Shown: one piece after another, positions 29,602 through 37,488 of the stretch | Layout: every line of letters begins with the position of its first letter | Numbering within the stretch: position 1 is the stretch's first letter | Source: Candidatus Aminicenantes bacterium | Lineage (GTDB): Bacteria > Acidobacteriota > Aminicenantia > UBA2199 | NCBI GenBank assembly: GCA_029938635.1 | Contig: JAOZUQ010000005.1 | Coordinates: forward strand, 1,363-65,362 | DNA length: 64,000 bases | Reading direction: 5' to 3' | Translations under genes and position numbers: made by a program | The notes under the pieces: generated by a model | The model's database searches: none | Seen by the model: the letters and a program-made list of their open reading frames with translations, nothing else | Told to the model about the DNA's origin: nothing

Positions 29602-32600
29602 TCAGCTAACGCTGTTTTTCATTTTAAGTTCTCTTGCCGAATCCGTAACCGCATTTATCTTTACTGCAAAACTATTTTTCTCAGCAATCTCTTTATCTGA
29701 TATCAAATGGATATCAAGCAGTCCCTCTGTTTTGTATCCGGTCCTTTGATAGTTCAATTCAGCAAGTGTAAGACTCCATCCGTCAAGCCATAATAACAGA
29801 TCACTTTTTTGCCTTTTTGTTCCGTCAAAATGAACCAGCAGATCAATATCACTACAAGGCCCGGCTGTTGCATTTTTAGTACTTCCGAAAACATAGATAG
29901 CTTTTACCCCAAAACGATCCGGGTCTAAATTAGCACTGATCTGTTCGGCCATTCTCAATCTCCATTTCCAATAATCATCCGCAACAAAGAATGGGCCTGA
30001 TTTGATGTCATCCTGTTTTTCACTCACCTGATCAGTACCGGATTTCGTTATAACAGCAATTGCCTCCCCCAGGTCTGAGTTCATTAATATCTGCAATGGC
30101 TCTCCATCGCAATTATCAGGAACGTCAATTACTTTAACAACATTTTCCATATCTTTATATTCGGGGACAATATCACCCAATATGTTTTTTGACCTGAGAA
30201 AAAAATCTTCTTTAAATACTATATCTTTGTCATCAGGATAAAGTGGAAGATACCTTATCGAGGCTTCTACAAGATCTTGAAAAAAGTGTGTCCCGAATGA
30301 CAATTCGGGAGTATAATTCCCTTTGGACCTTGCAATTTCAATTAATGCAGCAGTATTATTAATGTCTGAATATGTAACATTAACTCCAAGTTTTATATCA
30401 CCCCTGGAACCCCATCTACCCGGCCCAAGTAATATGAATTGCCTTTTAGGCAGAATATTATTCAGTTTCCCGACTATTCTCCCGATCTTCTTAAGATCTT
30501 CAAGGTTTGATAGTTTTGAATATTCATTCGGATCAACGTAAACAACATGTGTAACATTAGGAATAAATCCATCTGAAATATATTTATTTCCTGTAAAAAT
30601 TATCCTTTCATGAGGAATATTCCGTGGTATTGGAACAGAATGTGTGCTATGGAAGTAACTTTGAGCTCTGCATTGTAAAAGATATAAATTTGTCCCGTCA
30701 TGGGCAAATTCAATATCAACCGGAGTCTTAAGTTTTGTTTTCAACGTATCCATCATCCAGTTCATTTGATTAAGGAACTCGGATCCTTCCAGAAACCCCT
30801 GAAAGTTAACTACCAATTCATCTTCCTTAAATTTAATATTAAAGGCAGAAGCAGGTTTCTGGATCATATCTTCTTTTACAACAGATACCATATTATGAAT
30901 TCCGGGGATTAATGCACCGTGAGATTTTAAAAAATCTTCGATTTCGATCGTTTCAAAAATATTACTTTCAAGATTCAGTACATCAATATTTTTTGGCGAA
31001 TATCTTATAACTTCATCAGGAGTTATATTTACATTTAACCCTGGTTTTTTAGGTGCAATCAGGATCGGATAATCCTCGGCAATCCTGTCTACCGCTCTTG
31101 TTCCCAGTCCGGGGACCAATCTTATAAGCCCGTCATCCCTTTTAATCCTGGGGGACCATCTGAATTCATTACTACTGAATGCAACACCGGCAAAACTCGG
31201 TAAAAAATATTTTCCGATTTTTGTACCTACGACCTCCTGAATAATAATCCCCATTTCTTCATTAAAATCTAATAGTTCACGTTCTGCCCTGTATTGGATA
31301 GGATCAGGCCCGAATATGGATGAATAGACCTCTGCAATTGCATCGGTCAGAGCATTTAATTTCATTTCAGCAGTGCCCTGATTAGCAAGAAATAAACTTT
31401 TATATTTCCCGGAAAAACTGGCTCCGACCCTGTCTTCCAACAAACTTGAACTTCGGACAATAATCGGATTATCACCAAAATATTCAATAACCACTTTTAA
31501 TCCTCTCAGAATTTCAGGAGGAAATTGAGAGTTTTTTAAGATTTGTATAATATTAGGGTATTCCAGATGAATTTCACCTATATCCTTATATTTTTGCTCA
31601 TAGACATTCTCCAGATTATTATAGTGCAAAAAGTCGATTAATCCATCTGAAGTGATATACCATGTTTTTGGAATTTTAATCTTATGGGGAAACTTATCAA
31701 ACCCTGCAGAATTTTTTATAATGCTTGCGGCAAGAAAAAGGCCGGAACTTTTCCCCCCCAGTTTACCGAAACTATTTGAAGGAGACAGGATCTGTTTTAT
31801 AACACTAAAAAAATCCTCCAGATTTATATTATCTTTTGCAATTTTTATAAATTCCATTTGATCTGACAAGATCTTTCTGATAACGGAAGTTTTTATACTT
31901 TTTTCAGTTGCTGGTGACAATTTGACCTTTCCACTATTTAAAAATTTAAACCGTGTCAATGCGTTAATTATGTCAACAAGAGAGGAATTCGGATTTTCCA
32001 GGATAGTAACAAGAAATCTGGATTTCTCCTCATCAATCCAATTTCTGATAAGAGGCATTATATATTCATCAGCAAAATTTTTTGAAGCCAGGTCAAAAAT
32101 ATCATTACTAAATGAAATAATTTGATCCATCGAATCTTTTCTGGATGGTTGATTGATATCTTCAAAAAATACACTATTCTCACTTTTATTCTCAACTTCT
32201 TCATAGGTTTGAATTAATATGTCATTCGCTTCTGTAATGCTGTTTAAAAGGAGGTGATAAAGCATTTTTCTGGATATATATATATACAATTTAAGATTTG
32301 AATCTTTGAGCAGGTCTACGATCACCCGCCACTGAGGGCTTGATTCTAAAGCGATCTTTTCATCTGCTCTCTCCCATTTATTATGAATGCTTTTCAATTT
32401 TGAGTATAGGAAAACATGGCTTAATCTCTCAGCAATTGATTTGATCAATTGTCTCTCTTCCTTTAAAAACAAATTATCGATAGCTTCGTTTATTTTTCCT
32501 TTATAGGAAATAGTTATTTCGCCTGTTTCTTCTCCCTGAATTCTGATTTTTGCAGAAAGACTTTTTGAAGTTTCTTCATAATCTTCAAAACGATATTCCT

Positions 32601-32808
32601 GGCTTTCATAATCAATCTTTGCCTGAGCATTTTTTGGGAATTGCATCCCTTCAGGAATTGTTCTGATCACTGCATAGATAAGTTCATCAAGTGCTAATTC
32701 ACTATTTTCTAAAATCTCCTCGATACGATAGAGACAATTTAATTCCTTTTGCCTTTCCTGTAGAGAATGTAATAAAGTACTCGAATCTTTTTTTTTTGAA
32801 TCATTCAT
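29602..32808 (-). CDS. Multidomain protein: N-terminal helical region + PEP/pyruvate-binding (PPDK_N-like ATP-grasp) domain + C-terminal minimal nucleotidyltransferase (Pol-beta-type) domain
   Basis: 1068 aa. Middle region ...SFGKLGGKSSGL...IVRSSSLLEDRVGASFSGKY...GIIIQEVV... resembles the nucleotide-binding domain of PEP synthase/PPDK. C-terminus ...IYVFGSTKNATAGPCSDIDLLVHFDG... carries the hG[GS]-x(9-13)-DhD NTase signature. 4-nt overlap with the upstream paralog. Confidence 0.75.
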   Translation of the reverse strand: MNDSKKKDSSTLLHSLQERQKELNCLYRIEEILENSELALDELIYAVIRTIPEGMQFPKNAQAKIDYESQEYRFEDYEETSKSLSAKIRIQGEETGEITISYKGKINEAIDNLFLKEERQLIKSIAERLSHVFLYSKLKSIHNKWERADEKIALESSPQWRVIVDLLKDSNLKLYIYISRKMLYHLLLNSITEANDILIQTYEEVENKSENSVFFEDINQPSRKDSMDQIISFSNDIFDLASKNFADEYIMPLIRNWIDEEKSRFLVTILENPNSSLVDIINALTRFKFLNSGKVKLSPATEKSIKTSVIRKILSDQMEFIKIAKDNINLEDFFSVIKQILSPSNSFGKLGGKSSGLFLAASIIKNSAGFDKFPHKIKIPKTWYITSDGLIDFLHYNNLENVYEQKYKDIGEIHLEYPNIIQILKNSQFPPEILRGLKVVIEYFGDNPIIVRSSSLLEDRVGASFSGKYKSLFLANQGTAEMKLNALTDAIAEVYSSIFGPDPIQYRAERELLDFNEEMGIIIQEVVGTKIGKYFLPSFAGVAFSSNEFRWSPRIKRDDGLIRLVPGLGTRAVDRIAEDYPILIAPKKPGLNVNITPDEVIRYSPKNIDVLNLESNIFETIEIEDFLKSHGALIPGIHNMVSVVKEDMIQKPASAFNIKFKEDELVVNFQGFLEGSEFLNQMNWMMDTLKTKLKTPVDIEFAHDGTNLYLLQCRAQSYFHSTHSVPIPRNIPHERIIFTGNKYISDGFIPNVTHVVYVDPNEYSKLSNLEDLKKIGRIVGKLNNILPKRQFILLGPGRWGSRGDIKLGVNVTYSDINNTAALIEIARSKGNYTPELSFGTHFFQDLVEASIRYLPLYPDDKDIVFKEDFFLRSKNILGDIVPEYKDMENVVKVIDVPDNCDGEPLQILMNSDLGEAIAVITKSGTDQVSEKQDDIKSGPFFVADDYWKWRLRMAEQISANLDPDRFGVKAIYVFGSTKNATAGPCSDIDLLVHFDGTKRQKSDLLLWLDGWSLTLAELNYQRTGYKTEGLLDIHLISDKEIAEKNSFAVKINAVTDSARELKMKNSVS

Positions 32809-34553
32809 TTAAAGATCACTCCCTCACTTTTTCTCCCGTCAACTTTAATTTTCATAGGAGATTTTAATTTTATATGGCGGATATATTTCCCTTTCCATTT
32901 TATTTCTTGTTGACCCAACCAGTCCCAGTCAATGGGGATCCGGCTTTTCGTTGAAATTGAAAAATAAAAAATTCCGAGATTTGAAATATTATGGAAAAAA
33001 TGTGACCCTTGGCTCATATCAACAAATACACTTGCCAGAGAAGATTCGATTATCACTTCTGCTCCTGAAATCTCACCCCAGGTCACAGGAATTCCCAGCC
33101 ATGGATCAGATGAACCCCACCTTCCGAATCCGATCAAAGTATAATTTTCGTTTTCATTTACCAGGGTTCTGTTTACCATTGCAATCTCAGAAGCAATTTC
33201 TCTCGTATTTTTCAGATTGAAGGTCTCCGGCATAACATAAACGATATCTCTAATGTTATCTTTCTCACCATTGCCTAAAATGTTGTCTCCTGCAGTTAAA
33301 ACTGTTTCAGGGCTCCAACTCTCTTTTTCTGTATCCACAGGGTTGGAAAATGTCGCCATCGGGCGTACCTGCAACAAACTGAATTTATTCTTATCAGAGA
33401 TACTTTGCCCCAAAGATATGGCAAACTCAATCTCCACATCTGAGTTAAAATGAGATTCACATAGTTTTAAAATATCAATGATCAAATCATTCACAGGCAA
33501 TAATTTACTCTGAAGGATAGGGGCAAAATTTATCAACCTTGCACCCTTGTTTGCCACACCTATATCAAACCTGTCCGATTCATAATTGTAAGTGGAAGCA
33601 ATTTTTGATAATGAATTGTCATATTCCGCATCATTTATTGATAATTGAATTAGATATTCAGTTTCTTTGATCGGATCATAGGTCTTTATTTCACCCATAT
33701 TTACTGCCCAGAATTCTGTTTGAGATTGTTTCAGCAGATCATTAGCACTATTAAAAGGTGGTGGCGCATCGGGATATATCGGGCAATAATCCCATGAATT
33801 TCCTCCATCTACGATTGATTTGCCCAAACCCAAAGCTAAGCTGACCACACCATCTTCGGGTTCCGAATGCCCGGATGTATAAAAATTATAAGATTTAGCA
33901 ACTCCTGATATATTCGGATAGAACCTGTTATGATGTTGTTGTCCTACAACTTCCTGAATAATAACACCCATTTTTTCTTCATTTATATCTTTTCCTGTTG
34001 ATTTCAGATATGTTTTTGCATTAATGAAAAATGTTGATGAATAAATAAATTTTATTGCTTCTACAAGTTTTTTAAATCTTACATCAGGGTCCGGATGATT
34101 GTTCGGGATCATTTTTGTTTCATAAACACCTGCAAGTGGAATATTCAAGCTGTCTTCCAGAAGACTTGAAGATCTTATTGCGAGAGGCAATTTCATTTTT
34201 TCAATCAATCCTCTTATATCTCCCGATAACCTGACAGGTAACTCGGAATTCAAAAAATGATGTGCAATTCGTTCATCACTTTGCTCTGATAATGCAACTT
34301 TATACAGATTGTTCTGCTTCAGGAATTCATCAAAATATTGAGTTGTGATAACAATTGTCCTGGGAATACTAATTTCGAATTTCAGATCTTTTTCTTCATC
34401 TCCATATGAAAGTAATTTATTCCGGATTTTTGCCAATCCACCGGCTTTTCCGCCAAATTGACCTTTTCCGATAAATGTAAAATCATTGGATTCATCATAA
34501 AAATCCCTGTTAAAAGGGTTAATTCCTTCTAAGTGATTATCTGATCCTTCCAT
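32805..34553 (-). CDS. PEP/pyruvate-binding (PPDK_N-like) domain protein, paralog of the central domain of 29602..32808
   Basis: 582 aa. ...GKGQFGGKAGGLAKI...LAIRSSSLLEDS...GVIIQEVVG...GFGRWGSSDP... parallels motifs in the neighbouring 1068-aa protein (GGKSSGL, VRSSSLLED, IIQEVVG, GPGRWGSRGD). No PEP-utilizing His domain or TIM-barrel. Confidence 0.75.
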   Translation of the reverse strand: MEGSDNHLEGINPFNRDFYDESNDFTFIGKGQFGGKAGGLAKIRNKLLSYGDEEKDLKFEISIPRTIVITTQYFDEFLKQNNLYKVALSEQSDERIAHHFLNSELPVRLSGDIRGLIEKMKLPLAIRSSSLLEDSLNIPLAGVYETKMIPNNHPDPDVRFKKLVEAIKFIYSSTFFINAKTYLKSTGKDINEEKMGVIIQEVVGQQHHNRFYPNISGVAKSYNFYTSGHSEPEDGVVSLALGLGKSIVDGGNSWDYCPIYPDAPPPFNSANDLLKQSQTEFWAVNMGEIKTYDPIKETEYLIQLSINDAEYDNSLSKIASTYNYESDRFDIGVANKGARLINFAPILQSKLLPVNDLIIDILKLCESHFNSDVEIEFAISLGQSISDKNKFSLLQVRPMATFSNPVDTEKESWSPETVLTAGDNILGNGEKDNIRDIVYVMPETFNLKNTREIASEIAMVNRTLVNENENYTLIGFGRWGSSDPWLGIPVTWGEISGAEVIIESSLASVFVDMSQGSHFFHNISNLGIFYFSISTKSRIPIDWDWLGQQEIKWKGKYIRHIKLKSPMKIKVDGRKSEGVIFK

Positions 34554-34644
34554 TAAATTAATTTCCCCTCTGCGAAATTTAATATTTTAAAATAATAATT
34601 CAATTATTATGAATTATGCAAAGTTAATGATATTGGAAAGTTTC

Positions 34645-34680
34645 TTTTTTTTCAATAATAGAGGGGGTTTCCCCCCTCCA
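34645..34680 (-). terminator. GC-rich hairpin downstream of gdhA (probable terminator)
   Basis: GAGGGGG-ttt-CCCCCCTC perfect hairpin in AT-rich DNA about 35 nt past the gdhA stop. A run of T precedes it on the plus strand. It is followed by UAUUAUU on the minus-strand transcript. Confidence 0.5.
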
Positions 34681-34712
34681 TATTTAATGTCACAACAAAA
34701 TAATTTATACTT

Positions 34713-36032
34713 TTAAATCCAGCCTCTGTTTTTACAAGCCAGATTTACTCTGTCTATTGCAATAACATAAGCAGCATCCCTCATATACAAATCTCTCTCT
34801 TTAGCCATTTCACTAACGGCAATGAAAGCAGCGGTCATCTTAGAATCCAGTTTCCCGAGAACCTCATCTTTTGACCAGAAATAGTTCATATTGCACTGGA
34901 CCTGTTCAAAATAACTGCAGGTTACTCCGCCGGCATTTGCAAGAAAATCAGGAATCATAAATATTCCCTTCTCTTTTATAACCTGGTCTGCTTCAGGGGT
35001 TGTCGGGCCGTTTGCCCCTTCAGCGATTATTTTTACTCTGGCTCCGATCTTTTTAACTGAATCTTTATTGATCTCATTTTCAAGAGCAGCAGGCATTAAA
35101 ATATCTACATCCTGCTCAATCCATGCATCTCCGGGTAATACTTCATACCCCAGAGTTTCTGCTTTTTCTTTATCAATTCCACCATAATTATCAGTGATAC
35201 CCAACAATTCTTTCAGATTTATTCCGGATTTATTACGGTATGTAAACCCTTTCTGCTCTTTCTGGCTCCAACTGGAAACAGATATAACCTTACCTCCATA
35301 TTGCTCATAAAGTTGAATTGCGTATTGGGAAACATTGCCAAACCCCTGAAAACTGGCAGTCGTATCTTCCGGGCGAATACCTAATTCTTTCAAGGCTTCC
35401 CGGAGAGTAAAGATTACTCCATAACCTGTTGCTTCAGTTCTTCCCAGTGAACCACCCATTCCTACTGGCTTTCCGGTTATAAACCCGGGATATTTCTCTC
35501 CACGAATTGTCTCATATTCATCAAGCATCCACAGCATATGCTGAGCATTCGTCATAACATCAGGAGCTGGAATATCTGTGATCGGTCCAACATTCTTTGC
35601 TAACTGGCGGACCCAACCTCTGCATATTCTTTCCTGCTCATTTTTACTGAGATTATGAGGATCACATATAACTCCGCCCTTTCCTCCACCGAGAGGAATA
35701 TCCACTACTGCGCACTTCCATGTCATCCACATAGATAATGCTCTCACAGTATCAATTGTCTCCTGCGGGTGAAAACGGATACCCCCTTTCCCGGGTCCTC
35801 TTGCATCATTATGTAGAACTCTGAAGCCTCTGAAAACCTTTTTGCTCCCATCATCCATTGTGATAGGGATACTAAAATGAAATTCACGCAAAGGTTCCCT
35901 CAAAAAATCTTTTGTGGCCTGGTCAAGACCTAATATCTCGGCCACTCCGTCAAATTGTTCCTGAGCTGTTTCAAAAGCATTATAGTTTTTGTTTTCCAAA
36001 TCTAGCCTCCCTGAAATTATTTTTTTTATCAC
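34713..36032 (-). CDS. gdhA: NADP-specific glutamate dehydrogenase
   Basis: 439 aa. Glu/Leu/Phe/Val DH signature ...VDIPLGGGKGG..., NAD(P) Rossmann GFGNVSQY. Confidence 0.95.
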   Translation of the reverse strand: MIKKIISGRLDLENKNYNAFETAQEQFDGVAEILGLDQATKDFLREPLREFHFSIPITMDDGSKKVFRGFRVLHNDARGPGKGGIRFHPQETIDTVRALSMWMTWKCAVVDIPLGGGKGGVICDPHNLSKNEQERICRGWVRQLAKNVGPITDIPAPDVMTNAQHMLWMLDEYETIRGEKYPGFITGKPVGMGGSLGRTEATGYGVIFTLREALKELGIRPEDTTASFQGFGNVSQYAIQLYEQYGGKVISVSSWSQKEQKGFTYRNKSGINLKELLGITDNYGGIDKEKAETLGYEVLPGDAWIEQDVDILMPAALENEINKDSVKKIGARVKIIAEGANGPTTPEADQVIKEKGIFMIPDFLANAGGVTCSYFEQVQCNMNYFWSKDEVLGKLDSKMTAAFIAVSEMAKERDLYMRDAAYVIAIDRVNLACKNRGWI

Positions 36033-36210
36033 TCTGATATCATGATCTTATCAGTAAAATATCTTATAATTTGAAGCTAGATTATAGTATGATTTTTTAT
36101 ATTTTTCAACAAAAAAATTAAACGATTAATTTTTTTTTGAACACAAATATTGACAACAATTTCAGTGTGAAAGAGAGAGATATTTAGAAGAGGATTACGA
36201 AATGAAAATG

Positions 36211-36262
36211 AGTGTCCGACCTGCCCGAATTGTGCATGGACAAAATGCGGCGGAACCTGATT
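36211..36262 (+). repeat. Direct repeat copy 2 (orphan fragment of nrdJ 3' end)
   Basis: 52/52 identical to 28605..28656. Not in frame with any start codon, so not a coding duplicate. Sits upstream of gdhA and beside a GC-rich terminator. Confidence 0.9.
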
Positions 36263-36275
36263 CAATCTAATTTAT

Positions 36276-36312
36276 TCTCAAAATAAGAAGGGCGGGGCTG
36301 ATGCCCCGCCCT
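36276..36312 (-). terminator. Rho-independent terminator of 36354..37445 (possibly bidirectional)
   Basis: GGGCGGGGC-tgat-GCCCCGCCC hairpin followed on the minus strand by UUCUUAUUUU. Confidence 0.65.
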
Positions 36313-36353
36313 GTATTTCCTGAAAATCTAAAAATTTTAATTCTTGTTTACTC

Positions 36354-37445
36354 CTATTTATAATTGGTACCTATCGGCCCATCCACAAGAAGCTTTATCT
36401 GATATATAATAGTGTCACCCGGTGTCACTTTCCATTCAATGCCTGTGGTCCAGTCGGATGATCCCACAGGGAGAGCTGGTGAAGGATTCTTAATTATTTC
36501 ATCACTTGAAGTCTTTTTCCACTGATGTTTTACCATTTTCTTAAATACCCATCCGTTCTTCAGAGAAATGTGATATGAATCAGTCCCTTTATCATCACCT
36601 ATTGCTCCCCACATGTTCTTATGAAAACCGCCTATAGCAATCTCAGGCCCGTCGGTGACATTGCAGGCATCAAAATTACTATCATCCCCACAGTGAAGAC
36701 AGGTTACATCCCCAAAGGCCACCCATTTTTCCTCTCTCCCTTTGAACTGGGGTTTACCGAATGGATCGCTTTTAAAATTAAACTTAGATACAACAACCAC
36801 ACTGACAATCTGGTTCGGCTGGCCGTTGGCAGACTGCGGAATATATCCATTTGCTCTTTCATTACCTTCCCATGTGACATTTTCAAGCTCAATATGCCCC
36901 CCCGGGAAATTTCCCTTAATAAGGATCCTTCCTTTCTGGGGTCCGAAAATTTTTCCCTTGACAAACAACTGAGTTCCAGACTGTAATGCACCCAGTGGAA
37001 TCGGCAATATAGATTCAACAACAGGCTTAAACATCCCCGGTTTGGGTTTGAACTGTGGTTTTTTCTTTATTTTCTTAATCACACCGGGATTGATAAGGAA
37101 TTTAGTCTTAATTTCGAATTCATTACTATCCCCTAGACATGTGTTCTCAGCTTTCACCCTTATCACATAGGTCCCTGCTTCAAAATCTGCAGGAATTTTC
37201 CAGTTCTTTTGGGTCACTCCGGAAGCAGTAAGCTGAAGTTTGAAATTAGCCTGATCGACACTCCCCTTGAAAATATTGATCTTATAATCCGTTTCCTGAC
37301 ACCCGTTTGGCGTCCATTTGATTAAATAAGTATTTCCCTTGAACCAGCCAACACTCCCGTCAGGTTTATTAACAGTAATTGCTGCTCCTGATACCTGAAA
37401 AACACCAAAAATCACCAACAATAAAACTAAATAAAACTTTTTCAT
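36354..37445 (-). CDS. Secreted protein with Kre9/KNH-like (Ser/Thr-rich GPI-anchored family) beta-sandwich domain; paralog of 39498..40634
   Basis: The ORF extends to 37529, but the likely start is ATG at 37445 (MKKFYLVLLLVIFGVFQVSGA signal peptide, AAGGAGATGG SD). Domain ITVNKPDGSVGWFKGNTYLIKWTPNG...YKINIFKG...QLTASG...GTYVIRVKAE...GDSNEFEI fits the Kre9_KNH pattern. Confidence 0.7.
   Translation of the reverse strand: MKKFYLVLLLVIFGVFQVSGAAITVNKPDGSVGWFKGNTYLIKWTPNGCQETDYKINIFKGSVDQANFKLQLTASGVTQKNWKIPADFEAGTYVIRVKAENTCLGDSNEFEIKTKFLINPGVIKKIKKKPQFKPKPGMFKPVVESILPIPLGALQSGTQLFVKGKIFGPQKGRILIKGNFPGGHIELENVTWEGNERANGYIPQSANGQPNQIVSVVVVSKFNFKSDPFGKPQFKGREEKWVAFGDVTCLHCGDDSNFDACNVTDGPEIAIGGFHKNMWGAIGDDKGTDSYHISLKNGWVFKKMVKHQWKKTSSDEIIKNPSPALPVGSSDWTTGIEWKVTPGDTIIYQIKLLVDGPIGTNYK
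36725..37382 (-). repeat. ~650-bp near-identical nucleotide block shared with 39916..40569
   Basis: Hand alignment shows >90% nucleotide identity across the N-terminal halves of the two paralogous genes. The spurious 105-aa ORFs at 36704..37021 and 39893..40210 are near-identical for the same reason. Confidence 0.85.
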
Positions 37446-37488
37446 TTTTCCATCTCCTTTTGAATTTATTTGTTCATCTGAATTAACT

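Noticed and set aside
36077-36265. 62-aa minus-strand ORF spanning the orphan nrdJ-fragment repeat
   Set aside because: It has no RBS and runs antisense across the repeat and into the gdhA promoter region. The interesting feature is the repeat itself, not this ORF.
36202-36270. Short plus-strand ORF (MKMSVRPARIVHGQNAAEPDSI) starting at an ATG just upstream of the nrdJ-fragment copy
   Set aside because: It is out of frame with the NrdJ reading frame, so it does not encode the NrdJ zinc-ribbon tail. It is most likely a fortuitous ORF in a recombination scar.
36704-37021. Paralogous 105-aa minus-strand ORFs (36704..37021 and 39893..40210)
   Set aside because: Both are alternate-frame ORFs inside the Kre9/KNH-like genes. 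Their similarity reflects the duplicated nucleotide block, not real genes.
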